NCBI GenBank assembly: GCA_041687825.1
Contig: JBDNJI010000028.1
Location: 8,707 to 72,706 of the forward strand
Length of the DNA stretch: 64,000 nt
Direction of reading: 5' to 3'
From: Candidatus Planktophila sp.
GTDB taxonomy: Bacteria > Actinomycetota > Actinomycetes > Nanopelagicales > Nanopelagicaceae
Shown here: positions 44,062 through 53,426 of the stretch, in pieces
Layout: each line of letters starts with the position of its first letter
Position numbering within the stretch: the first letter of the stretch is position 1
Notes under the pieces: model-generated
Told to the model about the DNA's origin: nothing
What the model saw: the letters and a program-made list of their open reading frames with translations, nothing else
Database searches by the model: none
Translations under genes and position numbers: made by a program

Positions 44062-45057
44062 ATGAGTAGCGAAATTGAAGCGATCCAAGATCCAGGTCTT
44101 CCAGAACATAAGTTGCGCCAGACCGATATTGATCCCAAGGCGGCTGACCGAGCCGAACGTCAGGTAGCGATTCTCTTTCTCTTATCAGCTGCGAGTACGG
44201 TGCTATTTATTTACTCGTATTTTTTTATCCCAACCGATACTTTTCTATTTATCCCACTTTTTGGCGATCATAATGCACACCAGTTATTTCTTGGGCTTGG
44301 TCTAGCGTTCTCACTGCTCTTCATTGGACTCGGTGCTGTGCATTGGGCAAAGACCTTGATGCCAGATCATGAAGTGATTGCACATCGACACGAATTTAGA
44401 TCCTCCGATTCCGATCGTGAAGAATTTGTTAAGACCGCTAAAGAAGGCGCCGCATCGGCAGGTTTAGGTCGTCGCTCACTGATCAAGCGATCACTCGGTC
44501 TCTCCATTGGTTTAGTTGGACTCTCACCAATTCTGCTGCTGCGCGATTTGGGGCCTACTCCGGGTGATGATTTGAAGACTACAAGTTGGAAAGCAGGAAC
44601 TCGTCTTGTGACAGATCCAGGCGATCGTCCGATCCGCCCAGAAGATCTTGAAGTCGGCGCTGTTGCCCAGACACTTCCAGAGCTAGCTCCTGGGAAAGAT
44701 CACCACACACTCAATGACATTGCTAAAGATGCAGTCCTTCTCATTCGCTTACGCCCAGAAGAGTTCAATCTTGATGCCGAACGGCTCTCCTGGACACATG
44801 AGGGGCTTATCGCTTTCTCGAAGATCTGTTCCCACATGGGATGTGCGGTCGCACTTTACGAACAGACCACTAAACATCTGCTCTGCCCTTGCCACCAATC
44901 GACATTCGATGTGACTCGTGCGGCCAAGGTGATCTTCGGACCATCGGCTAGATCTCTCCCCCAACTCGCTATTACGGTAGATTCTGAAGGGTATTTAATT
45001 GCACAACAACCGTTTACTGAACCAGTCGGACCGAGTTTTTGGGGGCGTAAAGCATGA
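44062..45057 (+). CDS. qcrA: Rieske iron-sulfur protein of the bcc complex
   Basis: CSHMGC and CPCHQS boxes, internal twin-arginine GRRSLI, PVGPSFW. Confidence 0.97.
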   Translation: MSSEIEAIQDPGLPEHKLRQTDIDPKAADRAERQVAILFLLSAASTVLFIYSYFFIPTDTFLFIPLFGDHNAHQLFLGLGLAFSLLFIGLGAVHWAKTLMPDHEVIAHRHEFRSSDSDREEFVKTAKEGAASAGLGRRSLIKRSLGLSIGLVGLSPILLLRDLGPTPGDDLKTTSWKAGTRLVTDPGDRPIRPEDLEVGAVAQTLPELAPGKDHHTLNDIAKDAVLLIRLRPEEFNLDAERLSWTHEGLIAFSKICSHMGCAVALYEQTTKHLLCPCHQSTFDVTRAAKVIFGPSARSLPQLAITVDSEGYLIAQQPFTEPVGPSFWGRKA

Positions 45058-46640
45058 GCGCACGTGAGCGAATCGCTGGAAATGTTGCCAGTTATGTAGA
45101 TGATCGAACTGGCGCTGCTGGTTGGATGAAGAAAAATCTGCAGAAGGTCTTTCCCGATCACTGGTCATTTATGCTCGGTGAAATTGCTCTCTACTCATTT
45201 GTCATCTTGTTGCTCTCAGGTACATTCCTTACATTCTGGTTCGACCCTTCCATGCGTGAAGTTATCTACGAGGGTTCATATGTTCCGCTACAGGGTGTCG
45301 AGATGTCAGCCGCTTACGCATCCGCACTCGATATCTCATTTGAGGTTCGCGGCGGATTATTAATGCGCCAAATTCACCACTGGTCAGCGCTGATCTTTAT
45401 GGCGGCAATTGTTGTCCACCTCATGCGCGTTTATTTCACCGGTGCCTTCCGCAAACCACGTGAATTTAACTGGATTCTCGGAATTGGTCTACTCACTCTA
45501 GGAATTGTTGAGGGATTTTTGGGTTACTCACTTCCTGATGACTTGCTCTCTGGCACAGGTATTCGTATTGCAGAAGCAATCATTCAAGCGATCCCAGTTA
45601 TAGGTTCGTATCTTTCTTACTTCGCATTTGGTGGCGGCTTCCCTGGAATCGCCTTTATTCCAAGAATTTATACGCTTCATATTCTCTTACTCCCTGGAAT
45701 CTTTCTTGCCCTCATCACCGTTCACTTGATGTTGGTCTGGTACCAGAAGCACACCCAATATCCTGGTCCTGGTCGCACAGAGAAGAATGTTGTTGGTTAT
45801 CCACTATTGCCAATGTATATGGCAAAGGCTGGCGGATTTTTCTTTATTGTCTTTGGTGTTACCGCGCTCTTAGGTGCAGTGGCCTCGATCAACCCAATCT
45901 GGCTCTACGGTCCATACACACCCGGACAGGTCTCTGCCGGTTCCCAACCCGATTGGTATATGGGTTGGCTTGATGGACTAGTTCGTATGGCACCCCCAAT
46001 AGAACCAGTAATTTTTGGCTATACGCTCTCACTCAATATCTTGTTACCTGGTCTGATTATTCCTGGAATTCTCTTTACTGGAATGGCTCTCTATCCATTC
46101 ATCGAGCAGTGGATTACTGGCGATAAACGTGAGCACCATCTCCTAGACCGTCCACGCAATGCACCAAATCGCACTGCACTTGGTGTCATGTCACTTACAT
46201 TTATGATCATTGCGCTCATTAATGGTGGTAATGACATTATTGCGACGAACTTTGATCTCTCGATCAATCAGATCATGTGGTTTAGTCGAATCGCCATCTT
46301 TGTTCTTCCACCTCTTGCATTCATCATTACTAAGCGCCTCTGCCTCTCATTGCAGCGCGCAGATCGAGATCTCGTTCTGCATGGCCGCGAGACTGGTCGC
46401 CTTGTAATGATGCCTTCCGGTGAATTTGTGGAAGTACACGAGCAGATTTCGCCGGAGAAGGCATGGCTGCTCACTCAGCACGAACAGAATCAGCCACTGG
46501 AGCTGGCCGAAAGCGATCTTCGTGGTGTTCGCCGTCCTGGATTATTAAAATCCAAGCTACGTAAGCGATTAGCTGTGGCTCATGCTGTGCAGGTGCCAAA
46601 ACCAAACCTCAGTGATCTGAAAGAGTTAGACCACCACTAA
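45054..46640 (+). CDS. qcrB: Cytochrome b subunit of the bcc complex
   Basis: FPDHWSFMLGE, RQIHHW, GYSLPDD, menaquinol-type PDWY motif. Confidence 0.98.
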   Translation: MSARERIAGNVASYVDDRTGAAGWMKKNLQKVFPDHWSFMLGEIALYSFVILLLSGTFLTFWFDPSMREVIYEGSYVPLQGVEMSAAYASALDISFEVRGGLLMRQIHHWSALIFMAAIVVHLMRVYFTGAFRKPREFNWILGIGLLTLGIVEGFLGYSLPDDLLSGTGIRIAEAIIQAIPVIGSYLSYFAFGGGFPGIAFIPRIYTLHILLLPGIFLALITVHLMLVWYQKHTQYPGPGRTEKNVVGYPLLPMYMAKAGGFFFIVFGVTALLGAVASINPIWLYGPYTPGQVSAGSQPDWYMGWLDGLVRMAPPIEPVIFGYTLSLNILLPGLIIPGILFTGMALYPFIEQWITGDKREHHLLDRPRNAPNRTALGVMSLTFMIIALINGGNDIIATNFDLSINQIMWFSRIAIFVLPPLAFIITKRLCLSLQRADRDLVLHGRETGRLVMMPSGEFVEVHEQISPEKAWLLTQHEQNQPLELAESDLRGVRRPGLLKSKLRKRLAVAHAVQVPKPNLSDLKELDHH

Positions 46641-46671
46641 TCTCCACGGACGTTCATAAACAATTTATTGT

Positions 46672-47577
46672 TTATGTGGCCTCAATAGTGAGTGTCTTCG
46701 TTTTCCGCACGACTAGCGCAACGCCTGCGATGGTAATAAGAGTTCCAACGCCGCTTACCAATGTAAATTTTTCTTGAAAGAGAAAATATGCCTCGATCGC
46801 CGTTACGCCAGGTACTAAGTAATAGAGTGATGAAACCGAAGCAGCACTCTGCTTTGCCAATAAATAGTAAAGAATTAATATTGCACCAATCGATAAGACC
46901 ACGATCAACCACATCAGTGAAGCAATAAAAGAGAAACTCCAGATCACCTGTTCTCCCTTTTCAAAGGCGAGAGCAAGCATCAGCATCACAAGCCCAGTGG
47001 CAAGGTATTGCCAGGCCGTCCCAGATAAGACCTCTATCCCCGAACCAAATCTCTTCTGCAGAAGGGTTCCAGTGGTTGATCCCAGCAGCGCAATAATGAC
47101 AGCGACTACACCGACTAGCGGAAGTGACTGCGCACTTGATGTAAGTAACTTTGGCAGAATTACCAAGACTAGGCCGACTAAACCCAATGTGAGTCCGGCG
47201 GTCTTTGTCAGCGTTAATTTCTCGCCGAAAAATAGCGACGAGAGCACAGATACCAAGACTGGCTGAAGTGACACAATCAAGGCAGTAATTCCTGCTGGCA
47301 TTCCGTGCTTCACACCATAGAAACATCCACCCAGGTAAGCGCCATGGATTGCTAGACCAACAAGAGAGCTCTTTCCAATCGTTGGCCAATCGTGAATAAA
47401 CTTCTTGGTAATAAGTAGAGCCAAAATAATTAAGAGCAACGATGCGATAGCCATCCTGATCGCAATAAAAGTAAATGGTGGCGCGTAAGGGATTCCGTAT
47501 TTTATTCCAATGAATCCAGTACTCCAGAGGAGCACAAATAAAACTGGTGCAGATCTTTCTGAGATTAAGCCTCGCAT
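46672..47577 (-). CDS. EamA/DMT family transporter
   Basis: LWSTGF, two 5-TM repeats, SLQP, YLVPG. Confidence 0.9.
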   Translation of the reverse strand: MRGLISERSAPVLFVLLWSTGFIGIKYGIPYAPPFTFIAIRMAIASLLLIILALLITKKFIHDWPTIGKSSLVGLAIHGAYLGGCFYGVKHGMPAGITALIVSLQPVLVSVLSSLFFGEKLTLTKTAGLTLGLVGLVLVILPKLLTSSAQSLPLVGVVAVIIALLGSTTGTLLQKRFGSGIEVLSGTAWQYLATGLVMLMLALAFEKGEQVIWSFSFIASLMWLIVVLSIGAILILYYLLAKQSAASVSSLYYLVPGVTAIEAYFLFQEKFTLVSGVGTLITIAGVALVVRKTKTLTIEAT

Positions 47578-48038
47578 AAAGTCTTTAATTTAACCAACGA
47601 TTTAGCCATCCATTTAGGATTGCGCTGCAGTGAAGCAGTCTTTCCCAACCACCACACCTGAGCCCGATTACATGGATTGGCATCAAAGAGCTCAGTGACT
47701 CGGGTACGCCCATTGCCAAGATCTTCTAACTGATAGATCCATCTCCACTTCATCAGATGACGCCAGGCAATTCGTTCATTCTCTACAAACTCAACAACCT
47801 CATTCGATATCCAGTAAGGAACCTTAATCTTCATCGCCATCCCAAATCGGGCACCCAAGTAGAGTCGACCTGGCCCAGAGGTAGCACGAGTCAGGGTTCC
47901 TGAACCGTCGAAGCTGGCATGCCGCGCTGGGGTTGCTAACACTTCAAAGATCTTTGTAGCTAGAGCATCTATCTCGATTCGCGCGCCAACAATAAGGCGA
48001 TCATCAAGATTTAAAATCTCTGCGCCAGGAGTACCCAT
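47565..48038 (-). CDS. SRPBCC family protein
   Basis: IFEVLATP-x-RH-x2-FDGSG, VVEFVENERIAWRH, GRTRVTE. Confidence 0.8.
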   Translation of the reverse strand: MGTPGAEILNLDDRLIVGARIEIDALATKIFEVLATPARHASFDGSGTLTRATSGPGRLYLGARFGMAMKIKVPYWISNEVVEFVENERIAWRHLMKWRWIYQLEDLGNGRTRVTELFDANPCNRAQVWWLGKTASLQRNPKWMAKSLVKLKTLCEA

Positions 48039-48049
48039 ATGTAACCTAC

Positions 48050-48466
48050 TTAGTGACTGGCTCCGCTAGTTGGAGAATCAAGTGGCTTTTCATATTCGGT
48101 TACCCAACCAATAACGCTGACGACAAGTGCGACGAGTGCAATTACTGTCAACCACCAACCGATGATCAAACCCAGACCCATTGCAATTGCGCTGAGTGCA
48201 ACCGGAAGTGGCCACCACGAATGCGGACTATAAAACCCAAGTTCGCCTGCCCCATCTTCAATTTCACCCAATTCATTATCGAAGGGCATGATGACGCCGA
48301 TTCGCTTTTGGGTGAACCAGACATAGAACCCGACCATTCCTGAAAGACAAGCAGCCAAAGTCATTCCGGTGATACCAACTGCTTCACCACCGACATACCA
48401 ATATGCCACTGCAAGGAAGGCGTAGAAAACGCCAAGACCTGAAAATAACTGCCAATTGGCCTTCAC
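48050..48466 (-). CDS. ctaF: Actinobacterial cytochrome oxidase subunit IV
   Basis: GEIEDGAGELGFYSPHSWWP; follows ctaD. Confidence 0.93.
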   Translation of the reverse strand: MKANWQLFSGLGVFYAFLAVAYWYVGGEAVGITGMTLAACLSGMVGFYVWFTQKRIGVIMPFDNELGEIEDGAGELGFYSPHSWWPLPVALSAIAMGLGLIIGWWLTVIALVALVVSVIGWVTEYEKPLDSPTSGASH

Positions 48467-48468
48467 GG

Positions 48469-50136
48469 CTAGTGACCCTCGGTCTTAATGTGAGGATGGT
48501 GCAGGTCAAAAGCTGGACGCTCGGATCGAATACGAGGAATAGATAGGAAATTATGTCGCGGTGGTGGACACGATGTTGCCCATTCCAGGGAAGAGCCGTA
48601 ACCCCAAGGATCATCAACTTCAACCTTTGGACTCTTGCGAGTAATCCACACATTGATAAAGAATGGAATCATCGAGAGTGCGAGTAAAAAGGAACCTACT
48701 GTGGAGATCATATTCATTCCAGTAAATCCATCTGTTGCCAAGTAGTCAGCGTAGCGACGAGGAAAGCCTTTAATACCGAGCCAGTGCTGGATCAGAAATG
48801 TTGTATGGAAGCCAACAAAGAGTGTCCAGAAATGAATCTTGCCGAGACGTTCGTTGAGCATGCGCCCGGTCATCTTTGGCCACCAGAAATAGAAACCGGC
48901 AAACATCGCAAAGACCACGGTGCCAAAGAGAACATAGTGGAAGTGTGCGACGACGAAATATGACGCTGAGACGGCAAAGTCCAACGGTGGTGATGCCAAG
49001 ATAATTCCGGTTAAACCACCGAAGAGGAATGTCACTAAGAATCCCATGACCCAGAGCATTGGAGTCTCGAAGGTGACGTGGCCGCGCCACATCGTTCCAA
49101 TCCAGTTGAAGAATTTGACACCTGTCGGAACACCAATCAAAAATGTCATAAAGGAGAAAAACGGTAAGAGAACTTGACCGCTAGTGAACATATGGTGAGC
49201 CCAGACCGCTACGGATAGCGCAGCGATTGCGATCGTTGCCGCAATTAAGCCCTTGTATCCAAAGATGGGCTTGCGACTAAAGACCGGGAGAATTTCAGTG
49301 GCGATACCAAAAAATGGCAACGCCAAAATATAAACCTCGGGGTGACCAAAGAACCAGAAGAGATGCTGCCAGAGCATGGCTCCGCCGTTAGCCGGATCAA
49401 AGATATGCGATCCATACAGTCGATCAGACTCAAGGGCTAACAGCGCCGCAGCTAGCGGAGGAAAGGCAAGCAGTACCAAGATTGATGTTAGTAATACGTT
49501 CCAGGAAAAGATCGACATACGAAACATCGTCATACCAGGTGCGCGCATTGTAAAAATTGTGGTGATGAAGTTAACGCCACCAAGAATTGTTCCCAACCCA
49601 CTTATGGCAAGACCAACCACCCAAAGATCGCCTCCGATACCTGGCGAGTACGAGGCATTCGATAACGGTGCATATGCGGTCCACCCAAAGGACGCTGCTC
49701 CACCAGGTGCTAAAAATCCGCCAAAAACCATAATGCCGCCGAACAGGTACAACCAATACGAGAGCATGTTAAGTCTTGGGAAGGCAACATCTGCGGCGCC
49801 AATTTGCAGCGGCATCATGACATTAGCAAATCCAACAAAAAGAGGAGTTGCAAATAACAAAAGCATAATTGTTCCATGCATAGTAAAAATTTGGTTGTAC
49901 TGCTCATTCGAGATAAATTGCATTCCTGGCCGAGCAAGTTCTGTGCGAAGAATCAATGCAAGAACGCCAGCTATAAGAAACCAGGCAAAAGAGGTAATCA
50001 GGTAGAGATAGCCGATAGTTTTGTGGTCAGTTGAGGTAAACCACTTTACGAAATTTTTACCCCTAGCCGCTGGGGCCACGCCAGGCTGGACCCCAAGATC
50101 AGCGGTAATCATTGGACGATCTGCATATGTTGTCAT
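48469..50136 (-). CDS. ctaD: Cytochrome aa3 oxidase subunit I (type A1)
   Basis: TMHG, AFPRLN, GHPEVY, WAHH, PTGVK, VAHFHY, PRRY. Confidence 0.99.
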   Translation of the reverse strand: MTTYADRPMITADLGVQPGVAPAARGKNFVKWFTSTDHKTIGYLYLITSFAWFLIAGVLALILRTELARPGMQFISNEQYNQIFTMHGTIMLLLFATPLFVGFANVMMPLQIGAADVAFPRLNMLSYWLYLFGGIMVFGGFLAPGGAASFGWTAYAPLSNASYSPGIGGDLWVVGLAISGLGTILGGVNFITTIFTMRAPGMTMFRMSIFSWNVLLTSILVLLAFPPLAAALLALESDRLYGSHIFDPANGGAMLWQHLFWFFGHPEVYILALPFFGIATEILPVFSRKPIFGYKGLIAATIAIAALSVAVWAHHMFTSGQVLLPFFSFMTFLIGVPTGVKFFNWIGTMWRGHVTFETPMLWVMGFLVTFLFGGLTGIILASPPLDFAVSASYFVVAHFHYVLFGTVVFAMFAGFYFWWPKMTGRMLNERLGKIHFWTLFVGFHTTFLIQHWLGIKGFPRRYADYLATDGFTGMNMISTVGSFLLALSMIPFFINVWITRKSPKVEVDDPWGYGSSLEWATSCPPPRHNFLSIPRIRSERPAFDLHHPHIKTEGH

Positions 50137-50891
50137 GCGGTACTCGCTCTCAGCGTTTCTAGATAACTTTGATAATCAGCCGGGCTTACAACCTTAAGTT
50201 TAAATCGCATCTGTGAGTGATTGCGGCCGCACAGGATGTTACAGAAGCCAGAGAATTCACCAATTTTATTTGCAGTAAATTCGAGCTGATTGGTTACTCC
50301 AGGCAAATTTTGCATCTGAATCATGAAAGCAGGAACCCAGAAACTGTGTACAACATCGCTTGCGGTGAGCGTATAACGCACCCGCTCTCCTAGTGGTACG
50401 ACCAACGTGGGTGGCTTGTCTGGCGATCCTGTGACGATAGCCTTTTCGCCAGCCTCTGGATATCCGAATTGCCAAGACCATTGAAAACCATTTACAGATA
50501 TTTCGTGCGCAACAACCGAAGACTTTTGGGTAATTTCGTCTTGCTTAATTGCTGTGAAATAAAATAGAACCGCGATGATAACAAAAGGTATTACTGTGTA
50601 AAAAACTTCTACTGGAATGTTGTACTGCGTCTGCTTCGGAAACTCACCCTTTGATGCTTTTGCACGATGAAAAACTGCCGGCCAAAGAATCAAAATAAGT
50701 GTAAAAACTCCGACAACCCCTGCTGCTATCCAGGCACCCTGCCATAATGAAAGTGAAATATCGTTAACGCTTGACGCACCCTCTGGGAAACCCAAAGTTG
50801 CAACGTTAGAACAACCAGTCAGGGTCAAGAATGCAGGAACTAATAACAGGCCAGATCGACGGTTCCAAGACTTCTTTGAAGACGCAAACAT
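50133..50891 (-). CDS. ctaC: Cytochrome aa3 oxidase subunit II (lipoprotein, CuA)
   Basis: Lipobox LTGC, QWSW, DVVHSFW, C-x3-C-x3-H-x2-M. Confidence 0.96.
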   Translation of the reverse strand: MFASSKKSWNRRSGLLLVPAFLTLTGCSNVATLGFPEGASSVNDISLSLWQGAWIAAGVVGVFTLILILWPAVFHRAKASKGEFPKQTQYNIPVEVFYTVIPFVIIAVLFYFTAIKQDEITQKSSVVAHEISVNGFQWSWQFGYPEAGEKAIVTGSPDKPPTLVVPLGERVRYTLTASDVVHSFWVPAFMIQMQNLPGVTNQLEFTANKIGEFSGFCNILCGRNHSQMRFKLKVVSPADYQSYLETLRASTA

Positions 50892-50949
50892 AGGTTAAGG
50901 ATAGTGGCGCGGAGAGAACTTCTCTCTCGGTGCTAGTAGCCTTCATCAG

Positions 50950-51996
50950 GTGGTTCGTGTCACAGGAAACTTCTCATCAGAGGCGCCTCTCTCCGAGGTG
51001 GTCACCTCCACGATTCTCGCCGCACTAGAGGCGGGTTGGGGAGATCCCAAGAAGATTTCTCAGGCCGCCACCAGGGCGAAAATTCTGGAAACCCAGGCCA
51101 GAGAATCGATCGCTGAGAAATTAAATATCAGGGTTGATGAGATCGAGGTTGTGGGCGAAAGCGAGTTACTTCCGTTCCTCTCGATCGCTGGATTCTTACA
51201 TCCGGATCGATCACTGGCAATAGGTGCAATTGATCGAGGCAAGATTCGCGCTCTGGCTCGCTGGCATCAGCCGAGTGCGATTATTCCGGTTTCTGCATCG
51301 GGACATATGGATCCGACAAAAATTGATCCAACATCACTGCTCAGCCTGCAAGTAGGCAATGGTGAAACTGGAATAGTGCAGGATCTGCCACGACTTTCGA
51401 AAATCGCCGAACTGGTTGTACTTGATGCAACTACATCAGGATCTCGGGTTGCTTTGGGTGATCGATGGGATGGTGCAATTTTTGATTCCCAATCTTGGAA
51501 TGGCCCCAGCGGAATCGGAATCATGGCAATTAGAAATAGTGCGCAGTGGACCTACCCACTTCCCCACATCGCACCGATTCGCACTCCTGGGAGTTATTCA
51601 CTGCCGCTGTTACTGGCATCATCGGTGGCACTTGAGAACTTCTTCGAGAATACATCACATCTTTCTTCGCTCAACGTCCACATTAGAAATCGAATTGCGC
51701 AAGAACTCCCTGGTGCGAAGGCGGTTGGCGATCAGAGTTCATCGCTGGCACATTTACTCACATTAGTAATACCTGATGTAGTAAACGAAATGATCGTTCG
51801 TGAATTGGAAGCGCTCGGAATATCTATTGATGCTGGATCAGCTTGTGCGCCAGGTGATTTGGCGCCAAGTCATGTGTTGGATGCGATGGGTATCGCTACG
51901 ACAGGTTCGCTTCGTTTAACACTGCGAAATGAACATACTCTCGCTGAAGTGGATCAGATGATAAACGCGATAGTTCAGACGGTCACGCAAGGATAA
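50950..51996 (+). CDS. IscS/NifS-fold protein lacking the PLP lysine
   Basis: NGETGIVQ, VLDA, GP-x-GIG, R-x-PG, AGSAC, SHVL-x-AMG, SLRL. SQSW stands where S-x-HK is expected. Confidence 0.8.
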   Translation: MVRVTGNFSSEAPLSEVVTSTILAALEAGWGDPKKISQAATRAKILETQARESIAEKLNIRVDEIEVVGESELLPFLSIAGFLHPDRSLAIGAIDRGKIRALARWHQPSAIIPVSASGHMDPTKIDPTSLLSLQVGNGETGIVQDLPRLSKIAELVVLDATTSGSRVALGDRWDGAIFDSQSWNGPSGIGIMAIRNSAQWTYPLPHIAPIRTPGSYSLPLLLASSVALENFFENTSHLSSLNVHIRNRIAQELPGAKAVGDQSSSLAHLLTLVIPDVVNEMIVRELEALGISIDAGSACAPGDLAPSHVLDAMGIATTGSLRLTLRNEHTLAEVDQMINAIVQTVTQG

Positions 51997-52005
51997 CTCT
52001 CTTCC

Positions 52006-52980
52006 TTAAACTAAATGCAGTGCAATCTCTGATCTAGCATCCGCACCATAGGCAAGTTCAAACCGATCTAGAAACTCGGTGGATGTGAATGAATATTCTT
52101 GAGTCCCCATCGTTTCGATCACATAGGTTGCTAGCAGTGATCCAATCTCGGCACACCGTTGGTGGTTTAAGCCCCATGCAAGACCGGCAACGAAGCCACT
52201 TCTAAATGAATCTCCGACTCCGGTCGGATCAACTTTCCCACGTTCTTGCGGACAACCAACAACAATCGTTTCGATACCTCGCCCTTCAACACGCGAGCCT
52301 TCTGAACCGAGCGTGACAATTCGATACTTCACTCGATCAAGAATCTCGTCATCGCTCCAACCAGTTTTTTGAATCGCTAACGCGAGTTCGTATTCATTGA
52401 GAAAAAGATAGGTCGCTCCATCAATAAGTGACTTAATCTGTTCGCCCTCTAGTCGAGCCAACTGTTGTGACGGATCTGCCAGAATTGGAATTCCTTTTGA
52501 TTTAGCGACTTCAGTATGGCGCAACATGGCATCGGGATCATCTGGCGAAACGATCAGTAGATCAAGAGTTCCCTCTTTATCTATGATCGGCTGTAATTCT
52601 ATGTTTCGTGCCTCCGACATTGCACCCGGGAAGAAAGATGCAAACTGATTAAGTTCGCTATCGGTGGTGACAGTAAAGAGTGAAGTGAATTGAGTGGTTG
52701 AGACGAGGGCGTGTGAAGTATCAACACCATGTCGGCTCAGCCATGCGTTGTAATCGGGCCAATCTTTTCCGACCGCAGCGATAAGTACTGGTTTATGTCC
52801 TAGAACTGCCAGACCAAAAGAGATGTTCGCCGCACATCCCCCGCGACGGACTTCAAGACCGTCGACTAAAAAGGAGAGCGAAATGTTTTCTAGTGAACCG
52901 GCAACAATGGAATCAGAGAACTTTCCAGAGAAAGTCATTATGTGGTCGCGCCCAACAGAGCCTGCTACACCAATTTTCAT
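52006..52980 (-). CDS. adoK: PfkB-family kinase, adenosine kinase-like
   Basis: ISLSFLV, RRGGCAANI, FFPGAM, ADPSQQ, NEYE, DPTGVGDSFR. Confidence 0.88.
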   Translation of the reverse strand: MKIGVAGSVGRDHIMTFSGKFSDSIVAGSLENISLSFLVDGLEVRRGGCAANISFGLAVLGHKPVLIAAVGKDWPDYNAWLSRHGVDTSHALVSTTQFTSLFTVTTDSELNQFASFFPGAMSEARNIELQPIIDKEGTLDLLIVSPDDPDAMLRHTEVAKSKGIPILADPSQQLARLEGEQIKSLIDGATYLFLNEYELALAIQKTGWSDDEILDRVKYRIVTLGSEGSRVEGRGIETIVVGCPQERGKVDPTGVGDSFRSGFVAGLAWGLNHQRCAEIGSLLATYVIETMGTQEYSFTSTEFLDRFELAYGADARSEIALHLV

Positions 52981-53011
52981 ATTTAATGGTTCAAATTAAA
53001 AAACCAAGTGG

Positions 53012-53368
53012 CTAGTTGAATGAATCACCGCAGGCACATGAACCCTGCGCATTTGGATTATCGATAGTGAAGCCTTGCTTCTCAATCGTGTCCACGAAGT
53101 CAATTGTTGCGCCCATAAGATACGGATCGCTGAGCTTTCCGGTAATGACTTTTACATCACCAAACATACGAACAACATCTCCTTCAAGTTCACGATTGTC
53201 GAAGAAGAGTTGGTACTTAAGACCGGAGCAACCACCTGGTTGTACTTCTACGCGAAGGTAAAGATCGTCGCTGCCCTCTTGGGCAAGAAGTGCTGCCACC
53301 TTTGCGGCGGCCTCATCTGAAAGTGCAATGCTCTTGGTTGTTGTTTCTGAAGTCTCTTGTGTCGTCAT
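53012..53368 (-). CDS. A-type Fe-S carrier (IscA/ErpA/HesB)
   Basis: PGGCSG and NPNAQGSCACGDSF. Confidence 0.96.
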   Translation of the reverse strand: MTTQETSETTTKSIALSDEAAAKVAALLAQEGSDDLYLRVEVQPGGCSGLKYQLFFDNRELEGDVVRMFGDVKVITGKLSDPYLMGATIDFVDTIEKQGFTIDNPNAQGSCACGDSFN

Positions 53369-53426
53369 GGTCCAAGACTACTCGCTTCACTTAGCGAATG
53401 CGACTTTTATGAGCAAGAATAGGGAC

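Noticed and set aside
53382-53397. TCGCT-N6-AGCGA inverted repeat between iscA and nadA, and the equal 58-nt spacers of two divergent pairs
   Set aside because: The arms are only 5 bp and two cases could be chance; not supportable without comparison.
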